A DNA stretch of 64,000 bases, from contig CP049781.1 of the NCBI GenBank assembly GCA_011082265.1, forward strand, positions 476,333 through 540,332. Reading direction: 5' to 3'. The position numbers were made by a program, and so were the translations under genes. Below the pieces are notes generated by a model. It was not told where the DNA came from, ran no database searches, and saw only the letters and a list, made by a program, of their open reading frames with translations. Within the stretch, counting starts at the first letter, position 1. Every line of letters begins with the position of its first letter. Shown piece by piece: positions 32,959 through 41,174 of this stretch. Source of the DNA: Candidatus Lachnocurva vaginae. GTDB lineage: Bacteria; Bacillota; Clostridia; Lachnospirales; Lachnospiraceae.

Positions 32959-33019
32959 AGATTTTTAGATTTATGAATTAAAAATAAATTAAAAATTGAA
33001 AAGATAATTAAAAATCGGT

Positions 33020-33472
33020 CTAAAATCTATGGTACATAACTGAACTGTCGGTTAAATCGACAGTACCTTGTCTTATATAAAAATGATAGGCATCAGAACC
33101 TTTTTTAGTTGTAAAGAAGGCTCCAGTTACGCCTTTTTCTTTTAACTCTTTAATAGCAGAATTATAAAGAGAACTTCCTATTCCTAAATGTCTATATTTT
33201 TTATCAACAAAGAAATGTTCAATATAATATGTTTTTGTCGTTCCAAAATATTTAATATTTCCTAAAATTGCTCCGACCGCTACATTATTATATGATGCTA
33301 CTAAGCCAAAAAATTGTGGAGTATTCTCCAAATCATACAAATTTTTCCGTGCATATTCGTTATTCCAATTTTCATTCCACGGATCTTTGTTAAAAACATT
33401 AACAAAAATGGAAACTAAAACAGATGTATCAGTAACCGGTTTTATTAATATATTTTTATTGTTGTTTTCCAT
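33020..33472 (-). CDS. GNAT family N-acetyltransferase (150 aa)
   Basis: Acetyl-CoA motif HRHLGIGSSLY. The ORF track lists this ORF as '+', but the codons read on the minus strand (the reverse complement of 33461-33472 is atggaaaacaac). Confidence 0.8.
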   Translation of the reverse strand: MENNNKNILIKPVTDTSVLVSIFVNVFNKDPWNENWNNEYARKNLYDLENTPQFFGLVASYNNVAVGAILGNIKYFGTTKTYYIEHFFVDKKYRHLGIGSSLYNSAIKELKEKGVTGAFFTTKKGSDAYHFYIRQGTVDLTDSSVMYHRF

Positions 33473-33511
33473 AAAATCTCCATACTTAAATAATAATTCT
33501 AAATGATTAAA

Positions 33512-33551
33512 AGTAAATCCGTGCGGTTATAGCCGCATGGCTTTACTTTTT
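33512..33551. terminator. hairpin agtaaatccgtgcgg-ttatag-ccgcatggctttact followed by TTTTT; copy 2 of the duplicated hairpin and the terminator of the ECF operon
   Basis: It overlaps the ecfT stop at 33543-33545. Confidence 0.7.
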
Positions 33552-34376
33552 AAAAATATTATAAAATCTTGAGTGGTTCATAAACATAATAGAAAAAGAA
33601 AGTACAAATAAAATAATTGATACAAAAAGGACAGCTATGTCCCTTTTTTTGATAGATTTTTCGCTATACCAAGTACGCTTATTTTTTTTACCAAATGATC
33701 GAAGCTCCATTGCATTATCAATGAGTTCAACTCTATCTAGACTAGATAAAATAAGGGGTATTAAAATCATTGCATAATTTTTTACTCTTTTTCTTAGTTT
33801 GCTTTTTGATGATAAATCAATTCCTCTAGCTTGCTGTGCTTTTGAAACTGTTTTAAAATCTCTTTGAATATCCGGTATATATCTAAGAGCTAAAGATACT
33901 GCATATGCAATTTTATAACTTACTCCTACCTTATTCAATGATGAAGCAAACTCACTAGGATGAGTAGTTGTAACAAATAATAAGGCAATCGGAGTAACTA
34001 CTAAATATTTTAAAATGATATTACTTAAATAAAATAATTGCTCTTCTGTTAAATTATATCTCCCAATTCCTTTTAGTAAAACATGGGAGCTTCCATATAA
34101 GTGGACACCTTCCTGGGGAGAAAAAATATATATTGTTATAGTATTTAAAGCGAGGAAAATAATAATTAACCAAAAGATAAAACTAATTTCTTTAAATCTA
34201 ATTTTAGATATTTTAAAGATTAAAAAACTTCCGCAAAGCATTACTAAAAGAATTCTTATATCGTAACTTATCATAGCAACAGTTGACCATAGCAAAAAAA
34301 ATATAAGCTTTGTAATACCGCTTAACTTATGTATAAAAGAAGGCCTATCTATATAAGAAAGCATCTCAGTTGACAT
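33543..34376 (-). CDS. ecfT: energy-coupling factor transporter transmembrane (T) component
   Basis: CbiQ-family polytopic protein placed after the fused EcfAA'. Confidence 0.75.
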   Translation of the reverse strand: MSTEMLSYIDRPSFIHKLSGITKLIFFLLWSTVAMISYDIRILLVMLCGSFLIFKISKIRFKEISFIFWLIIIFLALNTITIYIFSPQEGVHLYGSSHVLLKGIGRYNLTEEQLFYLSNIILKYLVVTPIALLFVTTTHPSEFASSLNKVGVSYKIAYAVSLALRYIPDIQRDFKTVSKAQQARGIDLSSKSKLRKRVKNYAMILIPLILSSLDRVELIDNAMELRSFGKKNKRTWYSEKSIKKRDIAVLFVSIILFVLSFSIMFMNHSRFYNIFKK

Positions 34377-36078
34377 CTCTTTTTACCTCCTCGCTGTGAA
34401 TAAATCTTGCTACAAATTTTTCACGTTCTTTAATTCCTACATAATCGGCTAAATAATATAAAGAAGTTTGCTTTAAATTAGCTTTTTTTATTATTTCTTC
34501 ATCTCCAAGTATATTTACCGGTGTGTCATCGGATATTATTTTGCCATCTGTTAAAACAACAGCTCTTTGAGTATATTCCATCATAAGATGCATATCATGT
34601 GTAATTAAAACTATTGTTATGCCAAGTTTATTTAATTCTTTAAGAAAGTTCATGATGTCAGTATAATGCTTCAAGTCTTGCCCTGCTGTAGGCTCATCTA
34701 AAATTAAAATAGAAGGCTTAAGTGAAAGAATTGAAGCTATTGTAACTCGTTTCTTTTGTCCAAAGCTAAGTGCAGATATCGGCCAATTCCTATAGGAGTA
34801 TAGTCCACAAATTTTTAAAGTTTCATACACTTTTTTTTGAACTTCATCTTCAGAAAATCCTCTTAATCTTAGCCCTAATGCGACTTCATCATAAATTAAA
34901 ACTTTTGAAATCATATTATTTGGATTTTGCATAACAAGACCTATATTTGATGCTCTTTCAGCAATAGAAGCTTTTCCTATGTCTCTACCTTGCATAATAA
35001 TATTGCCTTTACTATGCTTTTCAATTCCTGTAATGACTTTAGCTAAGGTTGATTTTCCTGCTCCATTCTTACCTACAAGACTTATCATTTCGCCTTTATA
35101 TATTTTTAAGTTAATATTTTTAAGAAGCATACTACTTCCATCATAAGAAAAATTCAAATTTCTTAATTCAAGAAGGACTTCATCTTGCTTAGGTTCCAAA
35201 AAATCATGCTGATTATTAAACCAACTTAAAACCTTTTGCTTTTCTTTATCATTTAAAAATAATTGATCCAGTCTACTGGCGTGCATATCTTCATGAATTA
35301 CTACACCAGCATCCTTTAAAGCTGTAATATACAAAGGCTCTCTCAATTTAACATCAGTAAGTACAGAACTACTTAAAATTTTATCAGGGGATGTGTTCAT
35401 AACAATTTTGCCGTCATTCATAACTATAACTCTATCAACCGGCCTATGAAGCACATCCTCGATTCTATGCTCGATGATTACTATCGTTTTTTTAGTTTCT
35501 TCGTGCATTCTATCTATAAGTTCTATAGCTAATTTTCCTGTATGAGGATCAAGATTTGCAAGAGGTTCATCAAAAAGAAGTACATCAACGTCATCTACAA
35601 GAACTCCGGCAAGTGCAGCTCTTTGCTTTTGACCTCCTGATATTTCATGTATGGAAGATTTAAGCTTTTCAAGCATGTCTACCTTAAATGCATAAATTTT
35701 TACTTTATTTTCCATAATATCTTTTGGAGTTGCGTCATTTTCCAATGAAAAAGCAATATCTTCTCCTACAGTAAGACCTACAAATTGGCTGTCAGGATCT
35801 TGAAGCACTGTTCCTATCATTTTAGATCTATCAAAAATATTCTTAGAAAAGGCTTCTTCATTATTTATTAAGAATTCTCCACTGAATTTTCCTTTATACG
35901 ATGACGGGATAAGTCCGTTAAGACAATGTGCTAAAGTGGATTTTCCAGATCCCGAAGGTCCTACTATTAAAATCTTTTCTCCTGGATAAATGGATAAGTT
36001 AATATTATTAAGAGTAGGCGATTTTTGACTGTCATATTTAAACGAAAAATCTTTAAATTGAATAATAGGCTTATCCAT
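34366..36078 (-). CDS. fused ECF transporter ATPase (EcfA1-EcfA2 tandem NBDs)
   Basis: Two Walker A sites (GPSGSGKST, GKNGAGKST) and two LSGGQ-like signatures in 570 aa. Confidence 0.8.
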   Translation of the reverse strand: MDKPIIQFKDFSFKYDSQKSPTLNNINLSIYPGEKILIVGPSGSGKSTLAHCLNGLIPSSYKGKFSGEFLINNEEAFSKNIFDRSKMIGTVLQDPDSQFVGLTVGEDIAFSLENDATPKDIMENKVKIYAFKVDMLEKLKSSIHEISGGQKQRAALAGVLVDDVDVLLFDEPLANLDPHTGKLAIELIDRMHEETKKTIVIIEHRIEDVLHRPVDRVIVMNDGKIVMNTSPDKILSSSVLTDVKLREPLYITALKDAGVVIHEDMHASRLDQLFLNDKEKQKVLSWFNNQHDFLEPKQDEVLLELRNLNFSYDGSSMLLKNINLKIYKGEMISLVGKNGAGKSTLAKVITGIEKHSKGNIIMQGRDIGKASIAERASNIGLVMQNPNNMISKVLIYDEVALGLRLRGFSEDEVQKKVYETLKICGLYSYRNWPISALSFGQKKRVTIASILSLKPSILILDEPTAGQDLKHYTDIMNFLKELNKLGITIVLITHDMHLMMEYTQRAVVLTDGKIISDDTPVNILGDEEIIKKANLKQTSLYYLADYVGIKEREKFVARFIHSEEVKRDVN

Positions 36079-36100
36079 TTTAACTCCTTTTTAAAACGAA

Positions 36101-36652
36101 CTATTCCTTATCAAGACTGTTAGAAGATACTCTTGTTTTGGCATATGCTATAAGTATAGCAGTACCTATAATTCCAACAGTTATTATATTTGCAACTCCT
36201 GCAACTAATCCCTGTATAAAGACTTTATTTGCAGGCTCTTTATAAATTACAATATCCAAAATAGGGGCTACTGCACCAAATCCTATTGCTTGAGTTAGTG
36301 CTTGAGAAATATTAAAAAATACGATTTGCTTTACAGTCATTTTTTCTTCTAGAGGTAAAATTTTCTTGTTAAACATTCCTATAAAAAATCCAACGAAACC
36401 AGAAACTACAATCCAACTCCACCAAGCACTTCCATATGATAACATATCATTTAAGGTATGTCCTATTAAGCCAATAAGTCCTCCTGCAATAGGTCCAAAT
36501 AAGGTAGCAGCTATAGCTAAAAATGCATAAGATGTCTTTATTGAAGTATTTGGAATTCCTGATGGAATGTCAGCAAATCTTGATAAAATTACAAAAACTG
36601 CAGACCCAATACCAATTGCTACAATAGTACGAACAGATAAATCCTTTTTCAT
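36101..36652 (-). CDS. small polytopic membrane protein, probable ECF transporter S (substrate-capture) component
   Basis: 183 aa with 5-6 TM helices, in an operon with ecfAA'T. Confidence 0.45.
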   Translation of the reverse strand: MKKDLSVRTIVAIGIGSAVFVILSRFADIPSGIPNTSIKTSYAFLAIAATLFGPIAGGLIGLIGHTLNDMLSYGSAWWSWIVVSGFVGFFIGMFNKKILPLEEKMTVKQIVFFNISQALTQAIGFGAVAPILDIVIYKEPANKVFIQGLVAGVANIITVGIIGTAILIAYAKTRVSSNSLDKE

Positions 36653-37503
36653 TATTTTCCCTCCAATTTTCTAAGCTTTATTATCCAACCAGCTCCTTCT
36701 ACAATATGATAAGCATTAGCAAAGGAACCTTGATTCAAAGCAACTCCTAGCTTATCTAAAGAATTGATAAATAAAAGTGCATCACCGCATCTTGTTTCAG
36801 CAAAAGTCTGTCTCATTTTTAGTACTTTTTCATATACTACTGAATGATTAGATTCTATAGTGATAAGTATATCATCACCATAATTTATTCCTTTTCCAAA
36901 AATGAAATTTCTGTCTAAATTAGTCCATAAATTACCAAATCTTACATCTAAAATATCGATTGAGCCTAAAATTAATCCATCTTCAGTTATTTTTGGAGAA
37001 TTATGAGCAATTGTTATGATCTGATCTAAAGAAATTTTTTTTCCGACTTCTTCAAAGGTTATAACTCCGCTTGCAAGTCTAGCTCCTGCATATGCATATA
37101 CATCTCTGCCATGAAAGGTATAGGAATTGCCGGAATTAGGAAGTCTATTTGTTTTTTCGTCAATTTCTCTAACTTCACAAATCCCTACTTCTTCAAGAAT
37201 ATGAGTAAGTGTACCATTGTTTGGAGTTACTATGAACTGATTCGTTTTAGTCTTTGCTATAACACTAAGTCTATCTGTTCCTACTCCAGGATCAACTACT
37301 GACACAAAAACAGTATTTTGAGGCCAATATTGAATAGTCTGAAGAAGACGATAAGAAGCATCCCAAATATTATACTGTGGGATTTCATGAGTAAGATTAA
37401 AAATCCTAAGTGTTGGGTCAACTCCAATGGCAACTCCGAACATTGCAGACACTGCTCCGTCACAAAGCCCGAAATCTGTTTGCAATAACAATGCTGATTT
37501 CAT
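36652..37503 (-). CDS. SAM hydroxide adenosyltransferase (DUF62 / SAM hydrolase family)
   Basis: N-terminal [17 protein letters not shown] motif region typical of the DUF62 family. First gene of the ECF operon. Confidence 0.65.
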   Translation of the reverse strand: MKSALLLQTDFGLCDGAVSAMFGVAIGVDPTLRIFNLTHEIPQYNIWDASYRLLQTIQYWPQNTVFVSVVDPGVGTDRLSVIAKTKTNQFIVTPNNGTLTHILEEVGICEVREIDEKTNRLPNSGNSYTFHGRDVYAYAGARLASGVITFEEVGKKISLDQIITIAHNSPKITEDGLILGSIDILDVRFGNLWTNLDRNFIFGKGINYGDDILITIESNHSVVYEKVLKMRQTFAETRCGDALLFINSLDKLGVALNQGSFANAYHIVEGAGWIIKLRKLEGK

Positions 37504-37738
37504 AAAAATCCTCCCTTTAAAATTGATAAAAGAAATTGCTTGAAAGGTAATTATACATGAACATAAAATAAAAATCTTTATTTTATAACTTTTATTATAT
37601 ATATTTTATTTTTATATCATAAATATTTTATTTAAGTAACATTCAAGTTTTATTTATTTAAAAAGGTTATTGCATATAAAATAAATAATGAAAGTATGAT
37701 ATATTAGTTTTAAAGAATATTAAAATTATGAATATCTT

Positions 37739-37915
37739 ATGGCAATATATGCATCAAATGCGGGTAAATCGGGAGGAGAATTCTTTACACCCGCAGATAT
37801 CTCAAAGCTTGGAACTGTAGGGAAATCGGAGGTTAATAAGGTGTATATAAATAAGGTGTATATAAAAAAGTTTAAAAACAGGAAAGGATGTTTAAAATAT
37901 TATGAAAAACCTTGA
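37739..37915 (+). pseudogene. 58-codon relic of a Type I R-M hsdM gene (AdoMet-binding [11 protein letters not shown] region) ending at a duplicated aataaggtgtatata core
   Basis: It translates to [36 protein letters not shown]. This is about 85% identical at the nucleotide level to 63541-63657 in the hsdM N-terminal ORF. It breaks at the same VNKVY codon. Confidence 0.75.
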
Positions 37916-38090
37916 AGGATTATGTGGATGTGGGAACGACGACCGTAAAGCAATCATTAACATTTGTGTAATGTCAGCGAAATATTTTAACAATAAAGCG
38001 TCAGTACAGGATATTAACGAAGCTTTGAAAGAAAACGGTCAATCTCCTCTTACAGAAGAGGAGATGAAAAGTTTAAACTTAACTGATTAA
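37902..38090 (+). CDS. hypothetical small protein (62 aa)
   Basis: ORF only, weak RBS, no recognisable motif. Confidence 0.25.
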   Translation: MKNLEGLCGCGNDDRKAIINICVMSAKYFNNKASVQDINEALKENGQSPLTEEEMKSLNLTD

Positions 38091-38120
38091 CCTTTTTAAC
38101 AAAATAAAAGAAGCGGATTA

Positions 38121-38327
38121 TTGGCTTATAAGAGTTACTATATAAGAAATCAAAAGGTTATGCTTGATTTTGAACTTGCTGAAATATATGGATATGAAAC
38201 AAAAACATTTAATCAGCAAGTCAAGAATAACATAGAAAAATTTGATGAAGATTTTAGATTTCAACTTACAAAAGATGAATGGGAATTTTTGAGGTCAAAA
38301 ATTTTGACCCCATCAAGATTTTATTAG
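38121..38327 (+). pseudogene. N-terminal fragment of an ORF6N-domain protein (truncated)
   Basis: RNQKVMLDFELAEIYGYETKTFNQQVKNNIEKFDEDFRFQLTKDEW matches the ORF6N N-terminal consensus. Only 68 codons, whereas full-length proteins are about 250 aa. Confidence 0.55.
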
Positions 38328-38793
38328 ATCAAAAGAATTAGTGCAAATAGCAGTACATACAAATGAAAATACAAAGGATATAGCTGAAATAAAGTCGCAA
38401 ATGGCTACAAAAGAAGATAATGTTATTACTAGGTATAATTGTGATAGGTATTATTGTATACCAATATCCAATGCAAAAAGCATTAGCACAAAGAAATTTC
38501 ACAAGTTATATAAATAAACAAGGTGTAGTTTCTGATGAAATTGAGAGTAAAAAGATAATTAAAGATTGGAAACAAGGAGGATATTTGATAATTTAACTTT
38601 TCGTAATGATGAAAACAACAAATACTATTATCATTATCAAACATGGACACATAAAAAAGGAGAAAAGTTGAGATTCAATAGAATTACATTAAGTATTATT
38701 GATGAAAAAAAATCTATTGTGCTAGATGATCCTTATGATGGGAAATGTAAATATCCCCCTATTCAGGAGTAAAAATTAATATAATTATTAAGT

Positions 38794-38826
38794 GACTAAG
38801 GACATTAAGTCTTTAGTCGCTTTTTG
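38794..38826 (+). terminator. rho-independent terminator
   Basis: gactaaggac-attaa-gtctttagtc followed by gcTTTTT. Confidence 0.6.
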
Positions 38827-39210
38827 TTAGTAGATTGTTTATGGTGTGTAAAACAGAATTACAAAAGATCAAATCAGCGATTGAAAGCAAGCAAGTGGAA
38901 ATGAAAGAATTAGAAAAAGTAATGGAAAAGATAGAGAAAGAAGCGGACAAAATAGAAAAGGCACAAAATAAAATGAAGTTGCTTTTGCAATCTGGTTTCA
39001 AAAATATTTAAAACAATAACTGTTGACAATTTTTATTTTTGTACTTTTTTTTTATAAAAATTTTTTGATATAATTATGACAAGTTCCTAAACACTAATTT
39101 TTATTATTATTTATTTAATTTCTACCAAAAAAAATATAAAGGAGTTTATTGTTTTTTTATTTACAATATTAATGACAACTTTCAAAGTGGCGTTTAGGGA
39201 ATTTACTAAT

Positions 39211-39239
39211 TTGACATTTCTAAAAGTATCTGTTATGTT
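39211..39239 (+). promoter_or_regulatory. promoter TTGACA-17-TATGTT driving the antitoxin-RNA repeats
   Basis: -35 at 39211-39216, -10 at 39234-39239, 12 nt before the first repeat. Confidence 0.5.
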
Positions 39240-39250
39240 ATTCGATAAAT

Positions 39251-39329
39251 AAAGAGGGTGTCCCACTACCGTTAAAGGTGGAGCATTAAAGAAGGTGTCT
39301 CACTACCTATATCCAAAAGGTGAAGTATT
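39251..39329 (+). ncRNA. ToxI/antiQ-like type III antitoxin RNA: two imperfect tandem repeats (37 and 42 nt)
   Basis: aaagagggtgtcccactaccgttaaaggtggagcatt and aaagaaggtgtctcactacctatatccaaaaggtgaagtatt, then an aaag-initiated terminator. The arrangement of repeats, terminator and toxN matches type III TA loci. Confidence 0.6.
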
Positions 39330-39336
39330 AAAGCGA

Positions 39337-39366
39337 ACAGAGAGGATAAAACCTCTCTGTTTTTTT
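39337..39366 (+). terminator. rho-independent terminator between the antitoxin repeats and toxN (type III TA attenuator)
   Basis: acagagagg-ataaaa-cctctctgt followed by TTTTTTT. Confidence 0.85.
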
Positions 39367-39377
39367 AGGAGAAGACA

Positions 39378-39935
39378 ATGGCAGAAGCGATTAAATATGG
39401 ATTTTATGCTGTAAATCTTGATTATTTTGAATATCTAAATCAAATAGATTCAGAAGTTTATTACAACCCATCGTATAGAAACAGTATTAAACCATTTGTT
39501 TGAATTATTGTTGGGATAGAAAACTATAATTATTTTATTCCAATATCTTCTGCAAAGGAAAAACACAAAAGATGGAAGAATGTTTCTGATGAGCATTTTT
39601 TGATTTATGAAGTATTTGATAATAACATTACTATAAATGGAGATATATACAAATATTACTCTGATGAAGAAAAAATGCACATATTATCTATATTGGATAT
39701 TAAGAAAATGATACCTGTACCGAATGGTTGTTATGAAAGAATTGAGTTTGATGAGCTTGATGACATCAGATACAAAGACTTATTTGAAAAAGAATATGCT
39801 TTTTGCCTTAAAGTAAAAACAAAGGTTTTGAAAAAGGTAGAAAAATTATATCAGAAGCAAAAGGAAACAGGAACTATCAGAAGAGCAAATTGTAATTTTT
39901 CAGAGTTAGAAAAAGCAATGTTGGATTGGAAGTAA
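39378..39935 (+). pseudogene. ToxN/AbiQ-family endoribonuclease toxin gene with an in-frame TGA at 39501-39503 (Gly-to-stop position in the conserved KPF-G-IV motif)
   Basis: MAEAIKYGFYAVNLDYFEYLNQIDSEVYYNPSYRNSIKPFV*IIVGIENYNYFIPISSAKEKH...MIPVPN...RANCNFSELEKA matches the ToxN/AbiQ pattern (FY.I...YL..D..V...KPFIGIV...YL.PLSS.K.KH...MIP...C.F..LE). The reading frame is continuous apart from the single TGA. Confidence 0.65.
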
Positions 39936-40136
39936 AATATAAATTACTTATGAATAATCAAGGAAGTGGAATAATATTCTGCTTCTTTTTTTTGCGAGGG
40001 AAAGTATTTATAAGTATGATACAAGACAACGGAGAGGTGTTTTTAGAACATTGCAGCTAAAAGAGGCATAGAGTATGCCTAAGATAAAAGCAAGTCTTAA
40101 AACACATTCCATCACTTAATACAACAAAACAGTTAG

Positions 40137-40173
40137 AGCGATTAGAAAAGTAAAACATCTAATCGCTTTTTTT
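40137..40173 (+). terminator. rho-independent terminator
   Basis: agcgattag-(13 nt)-ctaatcgct followed by TTTTTTT. Confidence 0.75.
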
Positions 40174-40196
40174 ATTGCGATGAAAGGAGGAGGCAA

Positions 40197-40439
40197 ATGA
40201 CAGATGAAGAAAACAAACCTGAAAACACATTTAGCAAAAAAACTGGAAAAACAAACTATAAAGTTACAGTGCATTTCAGCGAAACCAGTGATGAAACAAT
40301 CACAGATAAAATAAATAGACTTATTCAGAAAGAATGTGAAGATATGAGTTACAAAAAAGAGATGCTGATTTTTTTGATAATAATTATTGACAAAAAAAGG
40401 TTAGATAATATGATTATTTTAGATAATCTTATTATCTAA
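40197..40439 (+). CDS. hypothetical small protein (80 aa); its C-terminal ~15 codons are encoded by the operator palindrome
   Basis: Strong RBS AAAGGAGGAGG; no recognisable family. Confidence 0.35.
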   Translation: MTDEENKPENTFSKKTGKTNYKVTVHFSETSDETITDKINRLIQKECEDMSYKKEMLIFLIIIIDKKRLDNMIILDNLII

Positions 40440-40457
40440 AATAATCATATTATCTAA
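40401..40457. promoter_or_regulatory. 57-bp palindrome (perfect 20-bp arms ttagataatatgattatttt / aaaataatcatattatctaa around a palindromic agataat-ctt-attatct core); likely TetR operator
   Basis: Exact reverse-complement arms. It lies 18 bp upstream of the TetR start and overlaps a TTGACA at 40387-40392. Confidence 0.6.
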
Positions 40458-40475
40458 CCATGGGAGGTAGATATA

Positions 40476-41114
40476 ATGTCGTATAGTTCAGATTTAACAA
40501 AAAATAGAATTTTAGAATGCGCGAAAGAGGAGTTTTTAGATAAGGGCTTTGAGGAAGCACAGGTGGCTGGAATTGCTAAATTGGCAAATGTAACTACAGG
40601 AGCAATTTATCGTCATTTTAAAAATAAGGAAGCCTTATTTTTCGCTCTAATCGAAGAAGTATATAATTACACTCTAAATGTTGTTGCTGATGCTGAAAAG
40701 AAAAGTGAGGATGAAAATCAAAGAAAACATTTTGAATTAATAGATGAAAAAGTTGCAATAGAAGAGTTCTTTTCAGAAACAATGTTGTTTGTTGATTATA
40801 TGTATGCTCATTTTGACGATTTCAAACTGATTCTTGAATGTAGCAAAGGTTCGAGAGTAGAAAATTTCATTGAGGAAATCGTTGAAAGATATACGATTAA
40901 AAATATGAAATTAATACATAATGACTTTCCGCTACAAATAAATAACGGAATAAAAGAGTTTGAGGTTCATGTTATTACAAAAGGCTATATAACATCTTTG
41001 TGCGAGTGTATTCTTCATAGAATTCCATACCAAGATGTTAGCGAATATATCAGAAACATAGTTGCTTTTCAGTATTATGGTTGGCAAGGATTGATGAATA
41101 AAAAAGAAAAATAA
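40476..41114 (+). CDS. TetR/AcrR family transcriptional regulator
   Basis: N-terminal HTH with TTGAIYRHFKNKEALF. Confidence 0.85.
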   Translation: MSYSSDLTKNRILECAKEEFLDKGFEEAQVAGIAKLANVTTGAIYRHFKNKEALFFALIEEVYNYTLNVVADAEKKSEDENQRKHFELIDEKVAIEEFFSETMLFVDYMYAHFDDFKLILECSKGSRVENFIEEIVERYTIKNMKLIHNDFPLQINNGIKEFEVHVITKGYITSLCECILHRIPYQDVSEYIRNIVAFQYYGWQGLMNKKEK

Positions 41115-41174
41115 GTTTTTTGCCATCAAGTTAGCCAAATCTAAATAATGTTCGAATGAAGGGAGGCTTTATTC

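Noticed and set aside
33020-33472. ORF track labels the GNAT ORF as plus strand.
   Set aside because: Direct reading shows the MENNNK... codons lie on the minus strand: the reverse complement of 33461-33472 is atggaaaacaac and the stop is at 33020-33022. It is annotated as minus.
37504-37700. Looked for a SAM or other riboswitch in the leader of the DUF62/ECF operon.
   Set aside because: The region is about 85% AT with no conserved helices. Only promoter-like elements are present.
37902-38772. Small ORFs (37902-38090, 38420-38596, 38566-38772, 38841-39011) as possible bacteriocin or immunity genes.
   Set aside because: There are no leader-peptide motifs, no processing-site signatures and no transporter or modification genes adjacent. 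They were left as hypothetical or ignored.
39501-39503. In-frame TGA in toxN as selenocysteine or programmed recoding.
   Set aside because: There is no SECIS-like hairpin downstream, and the codon aligns to a conserved Gly, so a GGA-to-TGA point mutation is the simpler explanation. It is called a pseudogene.
40197-40439. Whether the 80-aa ORF is a genuine gene or an over-extension across the operator palindrome.
   Set aside because: It is kept as low-confidence CDS because of its strong RBS. The last ~15 residues (..LDNMIILDNLII) are dictated by the palindrome, so the true C-terminus is uncertain.
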